Assembly: GCA_963695545.1 (NCBI GenBank)
Contig: OY968796.1
Location: 2,048,001 to 2,112,000 of the forward strand
DNA from: Terriglobia bacterium
Lineage (GTDB): Bacteria > Acidobacteriota > Terriglobia > Acidiferrales > UBA7541
DNA length: 64,000 nucleotides
Direction: 5' to 3'
The notes beneath the pieces were generated by a model. The model saw only the letters and a list, made by a program, of their open reading frames with translations. It searched no databases and had not been told where the DNA came from. Both the position numbers and the translations under genes were made by a program. Shown piece after piece: positions 49,201 through 58,193 of the stretch; the stretch's first letter is position 1; every line of letters begins with the position of its first letter.

Positions 49201-49795
49201 GGTCTTCTTAAATATCCCCTACGACAAGAAATTCGAAAATCTGTTCCTCGCTTATATTGCGGGTATCAGCGCCTTCGGGCTCGTGCCGCGAGCGACGCTG
49301 GAGATATCCAGCAGCTCGCGTCGTCTTGAAAAAATACTTGGACTGATAGGCGCATGTCGTTATTCGATTCATGATCTATCCAGAGTCGAACTCGATTCGA
49401 ATGCACCGAGAACCCCTCGATTCAATATGCCATTCGAACTCGGCCTATCGGTCGCGTACCACAGGAACTTGAGGACCAAAAAGCACAAGTGGTTCGTCTG
49501 CGAGTCACGTGATCGCAGGCTATTGAAGTCATTGAGCGACCTGAACGGCACCGACGCCCACATTCACAACGGCAGGATCGTGGGAGTTTTCCGGGAACTG
49601 TGCAATATCTTTCTGCCATCTGATAGGAAGCCTACCGCGCAGCAGATGGGGAAAGTCTATCTGAGGATGCGGCGCAGTCTCCCGGAAATTCTTCACAAGT
49701 CGGGCGCCAATTCCGTGTATACGGCGAGGGTGTTTAAGGAATTGAGCGTCTTGGCAATCGCTTACGCCGATGAATTCGTACCTGTCAAGACGTGA
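49172..49795 (+). CDS. Hypothetical protein with TIR/nucleoside-deoxyribosyltransferase-like signature
   Basis: VFLNIPYD, KILGLIGACRYSIHDLS, NMPFELG, SDLNG resemble the NDT/TIR-like strand/helix pattern with the conserved Glu. Confidence 0.65.
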   Translation: MAKSRKALTKVFLNIPYDKKFENLFLAYIAGISAFGLVPRATLEISSSSRRLEKILGLIGACRYSIHDLSRVELDSNAPRTPRFNMPFELGLSVAYHRNLRTKKHKWFVCESRDRRLLKSLSDLNGTDAHIHNGRIVGVFRELCNIFLPSDRKPTAQQMGKVYLRMRRSLPEILHKSGANSVYTARVFKELSVLAIAYADEFVPVKT

Positions 49796-49800
49796 TCGGC

Positions 49801-49917
49801 GCCCTCTGGAACGCCCCCATCCCCAGCGGCCAAAAGCGCTACTATGACGGCATGCTCTATCTCCTGAGGCTCCTCCACTGCGGCGGACGATTCCGCATCT
49901 GGATACCAAGATCGTAG
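49801..49917 (+). pseudogene. Displaced second copy of the GH8 3' end
   Basis: Codon-aligned with 48716-48835; 8 mismatches in the first 99 nt; own stop codon. Confidence 0.92.
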
Positions 49918-49936
49918 GTCAAGGGGAAATCCGGCC

Positions 49937-51271
49937 ATGAAAATCCACGCCAGTGATTCGCACAAAACAAAATCGCTCTTCGCCGCGGGCGTCCTGGCGA
50001 TTTTCCTGTCTGCACTCCTACTTTGTGCTTCCACGCCTCTCCGCCCCCAAGCCCCCACCCCGCCGCCCGATCCGGTCATCACCGTTGACAATCCCCCAAA
50101 CACCCCCGCCCAGCAATCGAAGCACTACGTCATCCTCGTCTCGCTCGACGGCTTCCGCTACGACTACGCACAAAAAGACGGCACGAAAAATATTCTGGAT
50201 ATCGCCGCGCATGGAGCTACCGCGCCCGACGGCATGATCCCCGCCTACCCGTCGATCACTTTTCCCAATCACTACACCATCGTCACCGGCCTCTATCCCG
50301 AGCATCACGGCATCGTTGCCAATAGATTTTACGATCCCGCGCGCCAGGCCACCTATTCCATGAGTGATCAGAATGCGGTCGCCGACGGCTCCTGGTACGG
50401 CGGCGACCCGCTCTGGTCGCTCGCCGAGCAGCAGGGCATGCGCAGTGCGTGCTTTTTCTGGCCCGCTTCGGAAGCCGAAATCGGGGGTAAGCGTCCCTCC
50501 TACTATCTTCACTACCAGGATGCGTACCCCGATCCGCAGCGCGTCGATCAGGTAATCGCCTGGCTCAAGCTCCCGCCCGACCAGCGTCCCCACTTCATCA
50601 CTCTCTACTACCCCAACGTCGATCACAACGGCCACGAATTCGGCCCTGATTCGCCGCAGACCGCCGACGCCGTCCGTCACGTCGACGACATGATCGGCCT
50701 CCTCGTAAGCGATCTGAAAACGCTCAATCTCCCCGTCGATCTAATCGTCGTCGCCGACCACGGCATGATCGCCGCGCAAGGCGACTGGATCAATCTCAGC
50801 GCCTATGCCGACCTCTCCAATTTCGTCACTGACGGCCCGCTGCTCTACGCGAAAACCGATGCCGACGCCGAGCGCGCCTTCATGCAGCTCCAAGGCAAAA
50901 GCGACAAGTTTCAGGTCTACCGCCGCAAAGATGTCCCGCCGCAACTTCACTTCAACAACAATCCCCGCATCGGCGACCCAGTCATCATCCCCACCGGCCC
51001 CTACTACATCCGTGCCGTCGTGCCCACCACCGGCAATCCCGCCCACAAAGAAATCGGCGAACATGGATACGATCCCTACACCATGAAAGAGATGCACGCC
51101 CTCTTCGTCGCCGAAGGCCCAGACATTCGCCCCGGCGTCACCGTGCCGCCATTCGATAACGTGAATCTCTACCCTCTCATCGCCAAGATCCTGGGATTGC
51201 ACATCCGCCGGGTTGACGGCCGCTTGTCCGTCCTCAAGGGAATCCTGCGGAAACCGCCGCCCGCCCGCTAG
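49937..51271 (+). CDS. Nucleotide pyrophosphatase/phosphodiesterase (alkaline phosphatase superfamily), exported
   Basis: SLDGFR, TFPNH, DHNGH, ADHG, GEHGYD. Confidence 0.93.
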   Translation: MKIHASDSHKTKSLFAAGVLAIFLSALLLCASTPLRPQAPTPPPDPVITVDNPPNTPAQQSKHYVILVSLDGFRYDYAQKDGTKNILDIAAHGATAPDGMIPAYPSITFPNHYTIVTGLYPEHHGIVANRFYDPARQATYSMSDQNAVADGSWYGGDPLWSLAEQQGMRSACFFWPASEAEIGGKRPSYYLHYQDAYPDPQRVDQVIAWLKLPPDQRPHFITLYYPNVDHNGHEFGPDSPQTADAVRHVDDMIGLLVSDLKTLNLPVDLIVVADHGMIAAQGDWINLSAYADLSNFVTDGPLLYAKTDADAERAFMQLQGKSDKFQVYRRKDVPPQLHFNNNPRIGDPVIIPTGPYYIRAVVPTTGNPAHKEIGEHGYDPYTMKEMHALFVAEGPDIRPGVTVPPFDNVNLYPLIAKILGLHIRRVDGRLSVLKGILRKPPPAR

Positions 51272-51313
51272 CTCGACGCGAAACCCACATCGCGATTCCG
51301 GCCTCCCTCACTG

Positions 51314-51358
51314 GTCATCCCGAGGAGTCCTCGACGAGGGATCTCTCTGTCGCTTTTT
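51314..51358 (+). repeat. GTCATCCCG-type REP-like repeat upstream of GIY-YIG gene
   Basis: GTCATCCCGAG...CGACGAGGGATCTCTCTGTCGCTTTTT. Confidence 0.8.
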
Positions 51359-51387
51359 CCCCGTCTCATGCGCAGTACAATCTCCGC

Positions 51388-51681
51388 GTGTCCTCGGATC
51401 ACACCTTCTACGTCTACATCCTCGCCAGCAAATCCGGAGTCCTCTATACCGGCATGACGAACGACCTGGCCCGCCGCATCTCTCAACATGAGGCCGGCGA
51501 AGTTCTTGGCTTCACTCAGCGATACCATGTAAACAAACTCGTCTGGTTCGAGGTGCACGGCCATCCCGCATCCGCAATCGCGCGCGAAAAAGAAATCAAA
51601 GCTTGGCGCCGGGCCAGGCGAGTCGCTCTGATCGAAGCCAAGAACCCGCAATGGCAAGACCTGACCGCGACACTTACGTGA
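51388..51681 (+). CDS. Small GIY-YIG nuclease
   Basis: FYVYIL, LYTGMT, R..QH, AIAREKEIK, NPQW; 97 aa. Confidence 0.92.
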   Translation: MSSDHTFYVYILASKSGVLYTGMTNDLARRISQHEAGEVLGFTQRYHVNKLVWFEVHGHPASAIAREKEIKAWRRARRVALIEAKNPQWQDLTATLT

Positions 51682-51710
51682 GCTGTCGCCTGGCTTGCTT
51701 CGTTCAGCTG

Positions 51711-51755
51711 GCCATCCCGAGCGAGCGCAGCGACGAGGGACCTCTCCGTCGCCTT
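51711..51755 (+). repeat. GTCATCCCG-type REP-like repeat downstream of GIY-YIG gene
   Basis: GCCATCCCGAG...CGACGAGGGACCTCTCCGTCGCCTT; direct orientation with 51314. Confidence 0.8.
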
Positions 51756-51799
51756 GCCCAACGCCCCATTCCGCCAAAACCCTGGCACCTTTTTACCCA

Positions 51800-52054
51800 C
51801 CCTATTCGAATACTCTATAAATTATCGTTGACACTGTAGTACTCTTCGTGCTAACCTCCTCTATGTTCCGCGATCGCCCATCCTCGCTGCCGAATATTTT
51901 CCGCGATCAGGATATTTCCGCCCGCAACTCTTCCAGAATCAACACTTCTGAAAAATCGCATTTTAAACCTTTTAGAATCACCAGTTCTGGCGCAAAGGAC
52001 TTAAAGTCGAGCAGAATCAACACTTCCAAAAAACCCCCGGGGGGTAGGGGGTAT
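51800..52054 (+). repeat. Dispersed promoter + AT-rich box element, copy 2
   Basis: CCCTATTCGAATAC, TTGACA (51828)-N18-TAACCT; AGAATCA at 51935, 51974 and 52013 (period 39); ends GGGGGGTAGGGGGTAT. Confidence 0.85.
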
Positions 52055-52114
52055 GCCGCCCGCCATGTATCGGTTTTTTCGATCGTAGCCCTGTCGAGAT
52101 TTCCCCGAGGAGGC

Positions 52115-52666
52115 CTAGGAATGCCTCTGACTGCGATGCGCGCGCCACTCATCCGCGGTAATTTCCCAAATTTCGCTCGGAAATCGCCCGCCCACATAAT
52201 CTTGTTCTTCCACGCCGACCAGGCGCATCCCCGTCTTCTCGGAAATTCTCCGCGACGCAACATTCCCCACCGCCTTCGGCACGCGCAGCACGGAAAATCC
52301 GAGCACATCGAACCAATAATCCGTCACCGCCTCCACTGCTTCGGTCATCAATCCCTTGCCTTGCCATTCCAATCCCATCCAGAAGCCGCGATTGTGTCCC
52401 TCTCTCTTCCTCAGCGAAATCAATCCGATGTGCAGCCGCGGATCGCTCTTCAGTCGCAGCGTCCAGTGCCACTCTTCGCCGCGCTCGATCGCCGGAAGTG
52501 TCACGTCGCGGTAGTGCGTGAAAGCGCCGTCCTCCGGATACGGCCACGGCGTGCGATCGTTCAGGAACCGCACGATCTTCCACTTTGGAAAAATCCGCTG
52601 CGTCTGCTCCGCGTCCGCAAGCTCCAGCGGCCGCAAGATCATCCGCGCAGTTTCAAGCGCAACCAT
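52115..52666 (-). CDS. GNAT N-acetyltransferase (RimJ/RimL-like)
   Basis: LETARMILRP, WQGKGLMTEA, NVASRRISEKTGM. Confidence 0.9.
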   Translation of the reverse strand: MVALETARMILRPLELADAEQTQRIFPKWKIVRFLNDRTPWPYPEDGAFTHYRDVTLPAIERGEEWHWTLRLKSDPRLHIGLISLRKREGHNRGFWMGLEWQGKGLMTEAVEAVTDYWFDVLGFSVLRVPKAVGNVASRRISEKTGMRLVGVEEQDYVGGRFPSEIWEITADEWRAHRSQRHS

Positions 52667-52699
52667 TCGCACATACTAGCAAACGCCCATCCCGGTTTC

Positions 52700-52743
52700 G
52701 TAGCGGAGGCCGGAGCTTGTCCCGACTCGGTCGGGAGGCCTCC
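52700..52743 (+). repeat. GTAG REP with nested hairpin
   Basis: GTAGC-GGAGGCC...GGCCTCC arms enclosing TCCCGACTCGGTCGGGA. Confidence 0.7.
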
Positions 52744-52819
52744 ACGCCTTGCGCCCGTCACACCGCCGCGGTTGACGCATCGAACGGTGAACCCTAGGAT
52801 GGAACTCTCGTCACGCCTT

Positions 52820-53860
52820 ATGAGCACTCCATCTGATAATCCGACTCTCGATTCCTTTGGCCGCCCGCTGCGTTCGCTGCGCGTCTCCGTCACCGATCGC
52901 TGCAATCTGCGCTGCCGCTACTGCATGCCGCTCGAGGACTATACCTGGTTGCCGAGCGAGCGCCTGCTGAGCGCCGAAGAAATCGCGCGCGTCGTCGGAG
53001 TCTTCACCGCCGCCGGCGCCACGCGCGTCCGCCTCACCGGCGGCGAGCCGCTGCTGCGGCGCGAATTGCCGGACATCGTGCGCCGCCTCGCCGCGAATCC
53101 CGCGATCGAGGATTTGGCGATCACCACCAACGGCGTCCTCCTCGCAGCGCAAGCGCAAACCCTGCGCGACGCCGGCCTCGGCCGCGTCACCGTCAGCCTC
53201 GACACATTGCGCCCCGACCGCTTTGCAATCATCACGCGGCGCGATGAACTCGATCGCGTCCTCGAAGGCATCGCCGCCGCCGGCCGCGCCGGATTCGCGC
53301 CGCTAAAACTCGATGCCGTAATCATGCGCGGCGTGAACGACGACGAATTGGCCGACCTCATCGAATTCGGCAAACGCGCGCGCGCCGAAGTCCGCTTCAT
53401 CGAGTACATGGACGTCGGAGGCGCCATCGAGTGGGCCCCGCAGCGCGTCGTCAGCCGCGCCGAAATGCTGGCCTCGCTCGCCGCGCGCTACGGCAAGGTC
53501 ACTCCGCTCGATGAAGGCGGCTCCGCTCCTGCCGAGCGATTTCGCTTGCCCGATGGCACGGTGTTCGGCGTGATCGCGTCGACCACCACGCCGTTCTGCC
53601 GCTCGTGCGATCGCAGCCGCCTCACTGCCGACGGCATGTGGTTTCTGTGTCTCTACGCCACGCAGGGCGTTGACTTGCGCGGTCCGCTGCGCAGCGGCGC
53701 CTCGCCCGCCGAACTCGCCGCGCAGATCGCGTCGGTTTGGCGCGCGCGCGCGGACCGCGGCGCCGAGCTGCGACTCGCGCAACGCGATCGCGGCGTTTTC
53801 GTCCCGCTCGAGCAATTGCGCCGCGATCCACACCTCGAAATGCACACGCGCGGCGGCTAA
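52820..53860 (+). CDS. moaA: GTP 3',8-cyclase
   Basis: LRVSVTDRCNLRCRYC, LTGGEP, RFIEYM, FCRSCDRSR, C-terminal GG. Confidence 0.96.
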   Translation: MSTPSDNPTLDSFGRPLRSLRVSVTDRCNLRCRYCMPLEDYTWLPSERLLSAEEIARVVGVFTAAGATRVRLTGGEPLLRRELPDIVRRLAANPAIEDLAITTNGVLLAAQAQTLRDAGLGRVTVSLDTLRPDRFAIITRRDELDRVLEGIAAAGRAGFAPLKLDAVIMRGVNDDELADLIEFGKRARAEVRFIEYMDVGGAIEWAPQRVVSRAEMLASLAARYGKVTPLDEGGSAPAERFRLPDGTVFGVIASTTTPFCRSCDRSRLTADGMWFLCLYATQGVDLRGPLRSGASPAELAAQIASVWRARADRGAELRLAQRDRGVFVPLEQLRRDPHLEMHTRGG

Positions 53861-54007
53861 TCACCTCGCCGCGCGGCGACTGAACGCCGCGCCCACGCGC
53901 GGAAGGAGGCCATTCGCAGTTTTCGGCACACGCTGGGAGAAAGCGCAAAGCTCGCCCGTAGCTTCCGCTAGAATCAAGCGGACTTTGTAGCCACGACGCC
54001 GACTCTC

Positions 54008-56701
54008 ATGCCTTTCCCCGACACCTCCGAACACCGCCGCCTGCACGCGCCCGATAAAGCGCCCGTGCCCGCCTGGGCCAAGTGGGGCGCTTACGTCAGC
54101 GACCGCGCCTGGGGCACTGTGCGCGAAGATTACAGCGCCGATGGCGACGCCTGGAATTTCTTGCCGCACGATTTGGCGCGCAGCAAAGCCTATCGGTGGG
54201 GCGAAGACGCCATCGGCGGTTTCACCGATCGCTATCAGATTCTCGTTTTTGGTTTGGCGCTGTGGAACGGCCGCGATCCAATCTTGAAGGAGCGTCTTTT
54301 CGGCCTGAACTCGAATGAAGGCAATCATGGCGAAGACGTCAAAGAATATTATTTCTATCAGGACGCCACGCCGACGCACAGCTACCTGCGGATGCTATAC
54401 AAATATCCGCAAGCGGAATTTCCATACGCTCGAATCGTCGAGGAAAATCGCCGCCGCGGCCCCGGCGATCTCGAATTCGAGCTCATGGACACAGGCGTTT
54501 TCGACGACGATCGCTACTTCGACGTCGTAATCGAATACGCCAAGTTTTCTCCGGAAGATATCGCGATTCGCATCGAGGCATTCAATCGCGGCCCGGATTC
54601 AGCCGTGCTGCACCTGCTGCCGCACTTGTGGTTCCGCAACACCTGGGCGTGGAGTGATCCTGTCGGCGCCGAACCTGTGATAGCGCCGGGAGCCGCGGCG
54701 AAAGATTCCGTGAGCCTGGTTGCCGACGACACCGCAGCCAGTCAACTCGCGGGCCTGCCGTTTGCGTACAGCTTGGGTCGTCGCATTCTGTACGCGCCCG
54801 CGGGGGGCGTGCTGCTCTTCACCGATAACGAGACGCACGCCGAGCGCGTCTTCGGCCCGGGGCACGCGAGCAGAAGACCGCATGTGAAGGACGCGTTTCA
54901 TCGCCATATCATTCACGGCGAGGCGTGCGTGAATCCGGAGCAGCGCGGCACGAAAGCGTGCGTGAAGTACCGCATGGAAATTCCGGCCGGCGGCTCGACA
55001 GTTCTGCGGCTGCGCTTGGCGCCGGAAGACATCGCGGCGAAAGGAAGTAACGCGCCGCTTGCCGGCGTCGATGCTATCGTCGCGGAGCGGAAAAAGGAAG
55101 CCGACGAATTCTATGCCGCGATTCTGCCGCCGCGCGCGACGCTGGAAGAACGCGGCATTGCGCGCGCGGCGTTGTCGGGCATGTTGTGGTCGAAGCAAAG
55201 TTATTTGTACGACGTGTCGACCTGGCTCGACGGCGACAATCGCAATTCGCCGCCGCCGGAATCGCGCCAGCGCATCCGCAACACACATTGGCGCCACTTG
55301 AACTCGATGCGCGTGATGCTGATGCCGGACAAGTGGGAATATCCGTGGTTCGCCGCGTGGGATTTGGCGTTTCACGCCGTGGCGCTGGCTCTGGTCGATC
55401 CCGTCGCGGCTAAAGAAAATCTGTGGCTGCTGCTCTTCGAGCAATTCCAGCATCCGAACGGGCAAATTCCGGCGTATGAGTGGGAATTCTCTGATCTGAA
55501 TCCGCCGGTGCAGGCGTGGGCGTGCTGGCGCGCTTACGAAATCGAGCGCAAGCGCAGCGGATCGGGTGACCGCGAATTTCTCGAGCGCTGCTTCCACAAG
55601 CTGCTCATCAATTTCGCGTGGTGGGTGAACAAAGTCGATAGCCAGGGCCTGAACGTTTTTGAAGGCGGCTTTCTCGGCCTCGACAACATCACCGTGGTGG
55701 ATCGCAGCGAAGCGCTCTCGGGCGGCGCGATCCTCGAGCAATCCGACGCGACGGGCTGGATGGGTTTCTTCTGCCTGGCGATGATGCGCATGGCGCTCGA
55801 ACTTGCGCGCGGCAATCCGACGTACGAAGGACTGGCGACGAAATTCTTCGAGCACTTCATCTACATCGGCGCGGCGATGAAGCACATGGGCGGCCGCTCG
55901 TATCAACTTTGGGACGAGTCGGCCGGATTTTTTTACGATGTGATGCGCTATCCGAATGGCGACTTCCACCATTTTCGCGTGCGCTCGCTGGTGGGCTTGA
56001 TTCCGCTGTATGCCGTCGAAGTGCTGCGCGAAGACGAACTGGCGCAGCATCCGCAGTTTCTCGCGAATGTGGAATGGTTTCTGCGCAACCGTCCGGATCT
56101 CGTCGGCAGCGCGTGTTACACCGAGCGGCGCGACGGCGTGGCCTGCCACGTTCTTTCGATCGTGGACCGGTGGCAATTGCGGCGCATTCTCGAGCGCGTG
56201 TTCGATCCGGATGAATTTCTTTCGCCGCACGGTTTGCGCAGCTTATCGAAATATCACGAGCAACATCCATTTCATTTCGCCGGGCGCGAATTGCGCTACG
56301 AGCCGGCTGAAGCGGAAGTAAAGTTAAAAGGCGGGAATTCCAATTGGCGCGGGCCGGTGTGGTTTCCCACGTCGTTTCTGTTGATTGAATCGCTTTGCAA
56401 ATTTAGCGAGGCGTTCGGCCCTGAATTCACGGTGGCGGCAGGGAGCCAAGGGCGCGCGCTGACGCCGCGCGAGATGGCGCGGGAACTTTCCGAGCGCATG
56501 ATTGGTCTATTTCGCCGCGGCGCCGACGGGCGCCGGCCGGTGTACGGCGGATCGCGAAAATTTCAGCAGGATCCGCACTGGCGCGATCTGCATTTGTTCT
56601 ACGAATATTTCCATGGCGATAACGGCGCGGGATTGGGTGCGAGCCATCAGACAGGATGGACGGCCCTGGTCGCGAATTTGATCGACGATTGGCGCAAGTA
56701 A
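54008..56701 (+). CDS. MGH1/GH63-like glucosidase
   Basis: [47 protein letters not shown]. Confidence 0.9.
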   Translation: MPFPDTSEHRRLHAPDKAPVPAWAKWGAYVSDRAWGTVREDYSADGDAWNFLPHDLARSKAYRWGEDAIGGFTDRYQILVFGLALWNGRDPILKERLFGLNSNEGNHGEDVKEYYFYQDATPTHSYLRMLYKYPQAEFPYARIVEENRRRGPGDLEFELMDTGVFDDDRYFDVVIEYAKFSPEDIAIRIEAFNRGPDSAVLHLLPHLWFRNTWAWSDPVGAEPVIAPGAAAKDSVSLVADDTAASQLAGLPFAYSLGRRILYAPAGGVLLFTDNETHAERVFGPGHASRRPHVKDAFHRHIIHGEACVNPEQRGTKACVKYRMEIPAGGSTVLRLRLAPEDIAAKGSNAPLAGVDAIVAERKKEADEFYAAILPPRATLEERGIARAALSGMLWSKQSYLYDVSTWLDGDNRNSPPPESRQRIRNTHWRHLNSMRVMLMPDKWEYPWFAAWDLAFHAVALALVDPVAAKENLWLLLFEQFQHPNGQIPAYEWEFSDLNPPVQAWACWRAYEIERKRSGSGDREFLERCFHKLLINFAWWVNKVDSQGLNVFEGGFLGLDNITVVDRSEALSGGAILEQSDATGWMGFFCLAMMRMALELARGNPTYEGLATKFFEHFIYIGAAMKHMGGRSYQLWDESAGFFYDVMRYPNGDFHHFRVRSLVGLIPLYAVEVLREDELAQHPQFLANVEWFLRNRPDLVGSACYTERRDGVACHVLSIVDRWQLRRILERVFDPDEFLSPHGLRSLSKYHEQHPFHFAGRELRYEPAEAEVKLKGGNSNWRGPVWFPTSFLLIESLCKFSEAFGPEFTVAAGSQGRALTPREMARELSERMIGLFRRGADGRRPVYGGSRKFQQDPHWRDLHLFYEYFHGDNGAGLGASHQTGWTALVANLIDDWRK

Positions 56702-56759
56702 CGGCGCGCGCCCGAGCGAGAGCACGAAAGAAATAGACGGCGAAGCACGGAGGCCGGCG

Positions 56760-58175
56760 GTGGGAACAGCGGCGGAGCAATTCGATTTGATTGTGATTGG
56801 TTCGGGTCCCGCGGGAGAAAAGGCCGCTGCCCAGGCTGCCTATTTCGGCAAACGAGTGGCTTTGGTCGAGCGCGGCGCGCTGGGCGGAGCGGGAATCAAT
56901 ACCGGCACGGTGCCGAGCAAGACGCTGCGCGAGTCGGCGCTCTATTTTTCGGGTTTGCGGCAGCGCGGCCTCTACGGCATCGATTATTCGTTGCGCGAAG
57001 GGCTGACGGTCGAAGGCTTTATGCATCGCAAGGACGCGGTGGTCGCCTGGGAGCGCGAGAAGATCGCGCTAAATCTCGAAGCTCATAAGGTCACGCTGAT
57101 TCGCGGAGAAGCCAGCTTTGAGGATGCGCGCACGATCTCCGCGCACGCCGAAGGCACGGAGCCGCGCATGCTGACCGCCGAGGTGATCCTGATCGCCACG
57201 GGCTCGCGCCCGCACCGCGCGCCGGAAATTCCGTACGACGACCAATTCGTTTTCGATTCCGATTCGATTCTGAAAATGGATCGCATCCCGAAGAGCATGG
57301 TGGTCGTCGGGGGTGGGGTGATTGGATGCGAGTACGCTTCGATCTTCACCGCGCTGAGCGTGCAGGTTGTTCTGGTGGATGGGCGAGACCGGCTGCTGCC
57401 GTTTCTCGATTCGGAAATTTCCGAGCGTCTGGCTGAGCGGCTCGCGGGACTCGGCTTGGAATTTATCGCGAACGAGCGCATGGCGTCGCTCGAACGCACA
57501 GCGGCGGGCGTGCGTATGACACTGAAATCGGGCAAGGTGATCGAGCGCGAAACCGCTCTATTCGCCGCGGGGCGCCGAGGCGCGGTAGAAGGTTTGCATC
57601 TCGAACGCGCGGGCTTGGAGCTGAACGCGCGCGGCACACTCGACGTCGACGCGAGCTACCAGACCGCCGTGCCGCACATTTACGCCGCGGGCGATGTGAT
57701 CGGTTTTCCGGCACTGGCCTCGACTTCGATGGAGCAGGGACGCTTGGCGATCTGCCACGCATTCAATTTCCCTTACAAGAAGCGCCTCGCGTCTACGCTG
57801 CCCATGGGAATTTACACCATCCCGGAAATTTCAGCGGTAGGCGAGAGCGAGGAAAGCTGCCGCGAAAAGGGAATTCCATGCAGCGTGGGGCGCGCGCGCT
57901 ATTCCAACAACGCGCGCGGGCAAATCACGGGCGATTCAACCGGCTTGCTGAAGCTCGTCTTTCGCCGCGACAACAAACAATTAGTCGGCGTGCACATCAT
58001 CGGCGAAAGCGCCACCGAGCTGATTCACCTGGGCTCGGCCGTGCTCGAATCCGGCGGCACAATCGATTTCTTCATTGATCTGGTTTTCAACTATCCGACG
58101 CTGTCCGAGATGTATAAGTACGCCGCGTACGACGGCCTCGGAAATCTTGCGGGGCACAAATTGCGCGAGGGTTAG
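56760..58175 (+). CDS. sthA: Soluble pyridine nucleotide transhydrogenase
   Basis: GSGPAG, TGTVPSKTLRE (no redox disulfide), GGGVIGCEY, FNYPTL. Confidence 0.88.
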   Translation: MGTAAEQFDLIVIGSGPAGEKAAAQAAYFGKRVALVERGALGGAGINTGTVPSKTLRESALYFSGLRQRGLYGIDYSLREGLTVEGFMHRKDAVVAWEREKIALNLEAHKVTLIRGEASFEDARTISAHAEGTEPRMLTAEVILIATGSRPHRAPEIPYDDQFVFDSDSILKMDRIPKSMVVVGGGVIGCEYASIFTALSVQVVLVDGRDRLLPFLDSEISERLAERLAGLGLEFIANERMASLERTAAGVRMTLKSGKVIERETALFAAGRRGAVEGLHLERAGLELNARGTLDVDASYQTAVPHIYAAGDVIGFPALASTSMEQGRLAICHAFNFPYKKRLASTLPMGIYTIPEISAVGESEESCREKGIPCSVGRARYSNNARGQITGDSTGLLKLVFRRDNKQLVGVHIIGESATELIHLGSAVLESGGTIDFFIDLVFNYPTLSEMYKYAAYDGLGNLAGHKLREG

Positions 58176-58193
58176 CTGGGCGCGCGACGGCTT

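Noticed and set aside
48716..49917. DGR template/variable repeat pair
   Set aside because: Mismatches are not adenine-specific and are mostly synonymous; no reverse transcriptase in the window.
51925..52030. Mini-CRISPR from the 39-bp periodic boxes
   Set aside because: Repeats are degenerate, linkers only ~17 nt, and no cas genes.
51848..52819. Long N-terminal extension of MoaA (670-aa ORF)
   Set aside because: It runs antisense through a clear GNAT gene and repeats; MoaA homology starts near 52820.
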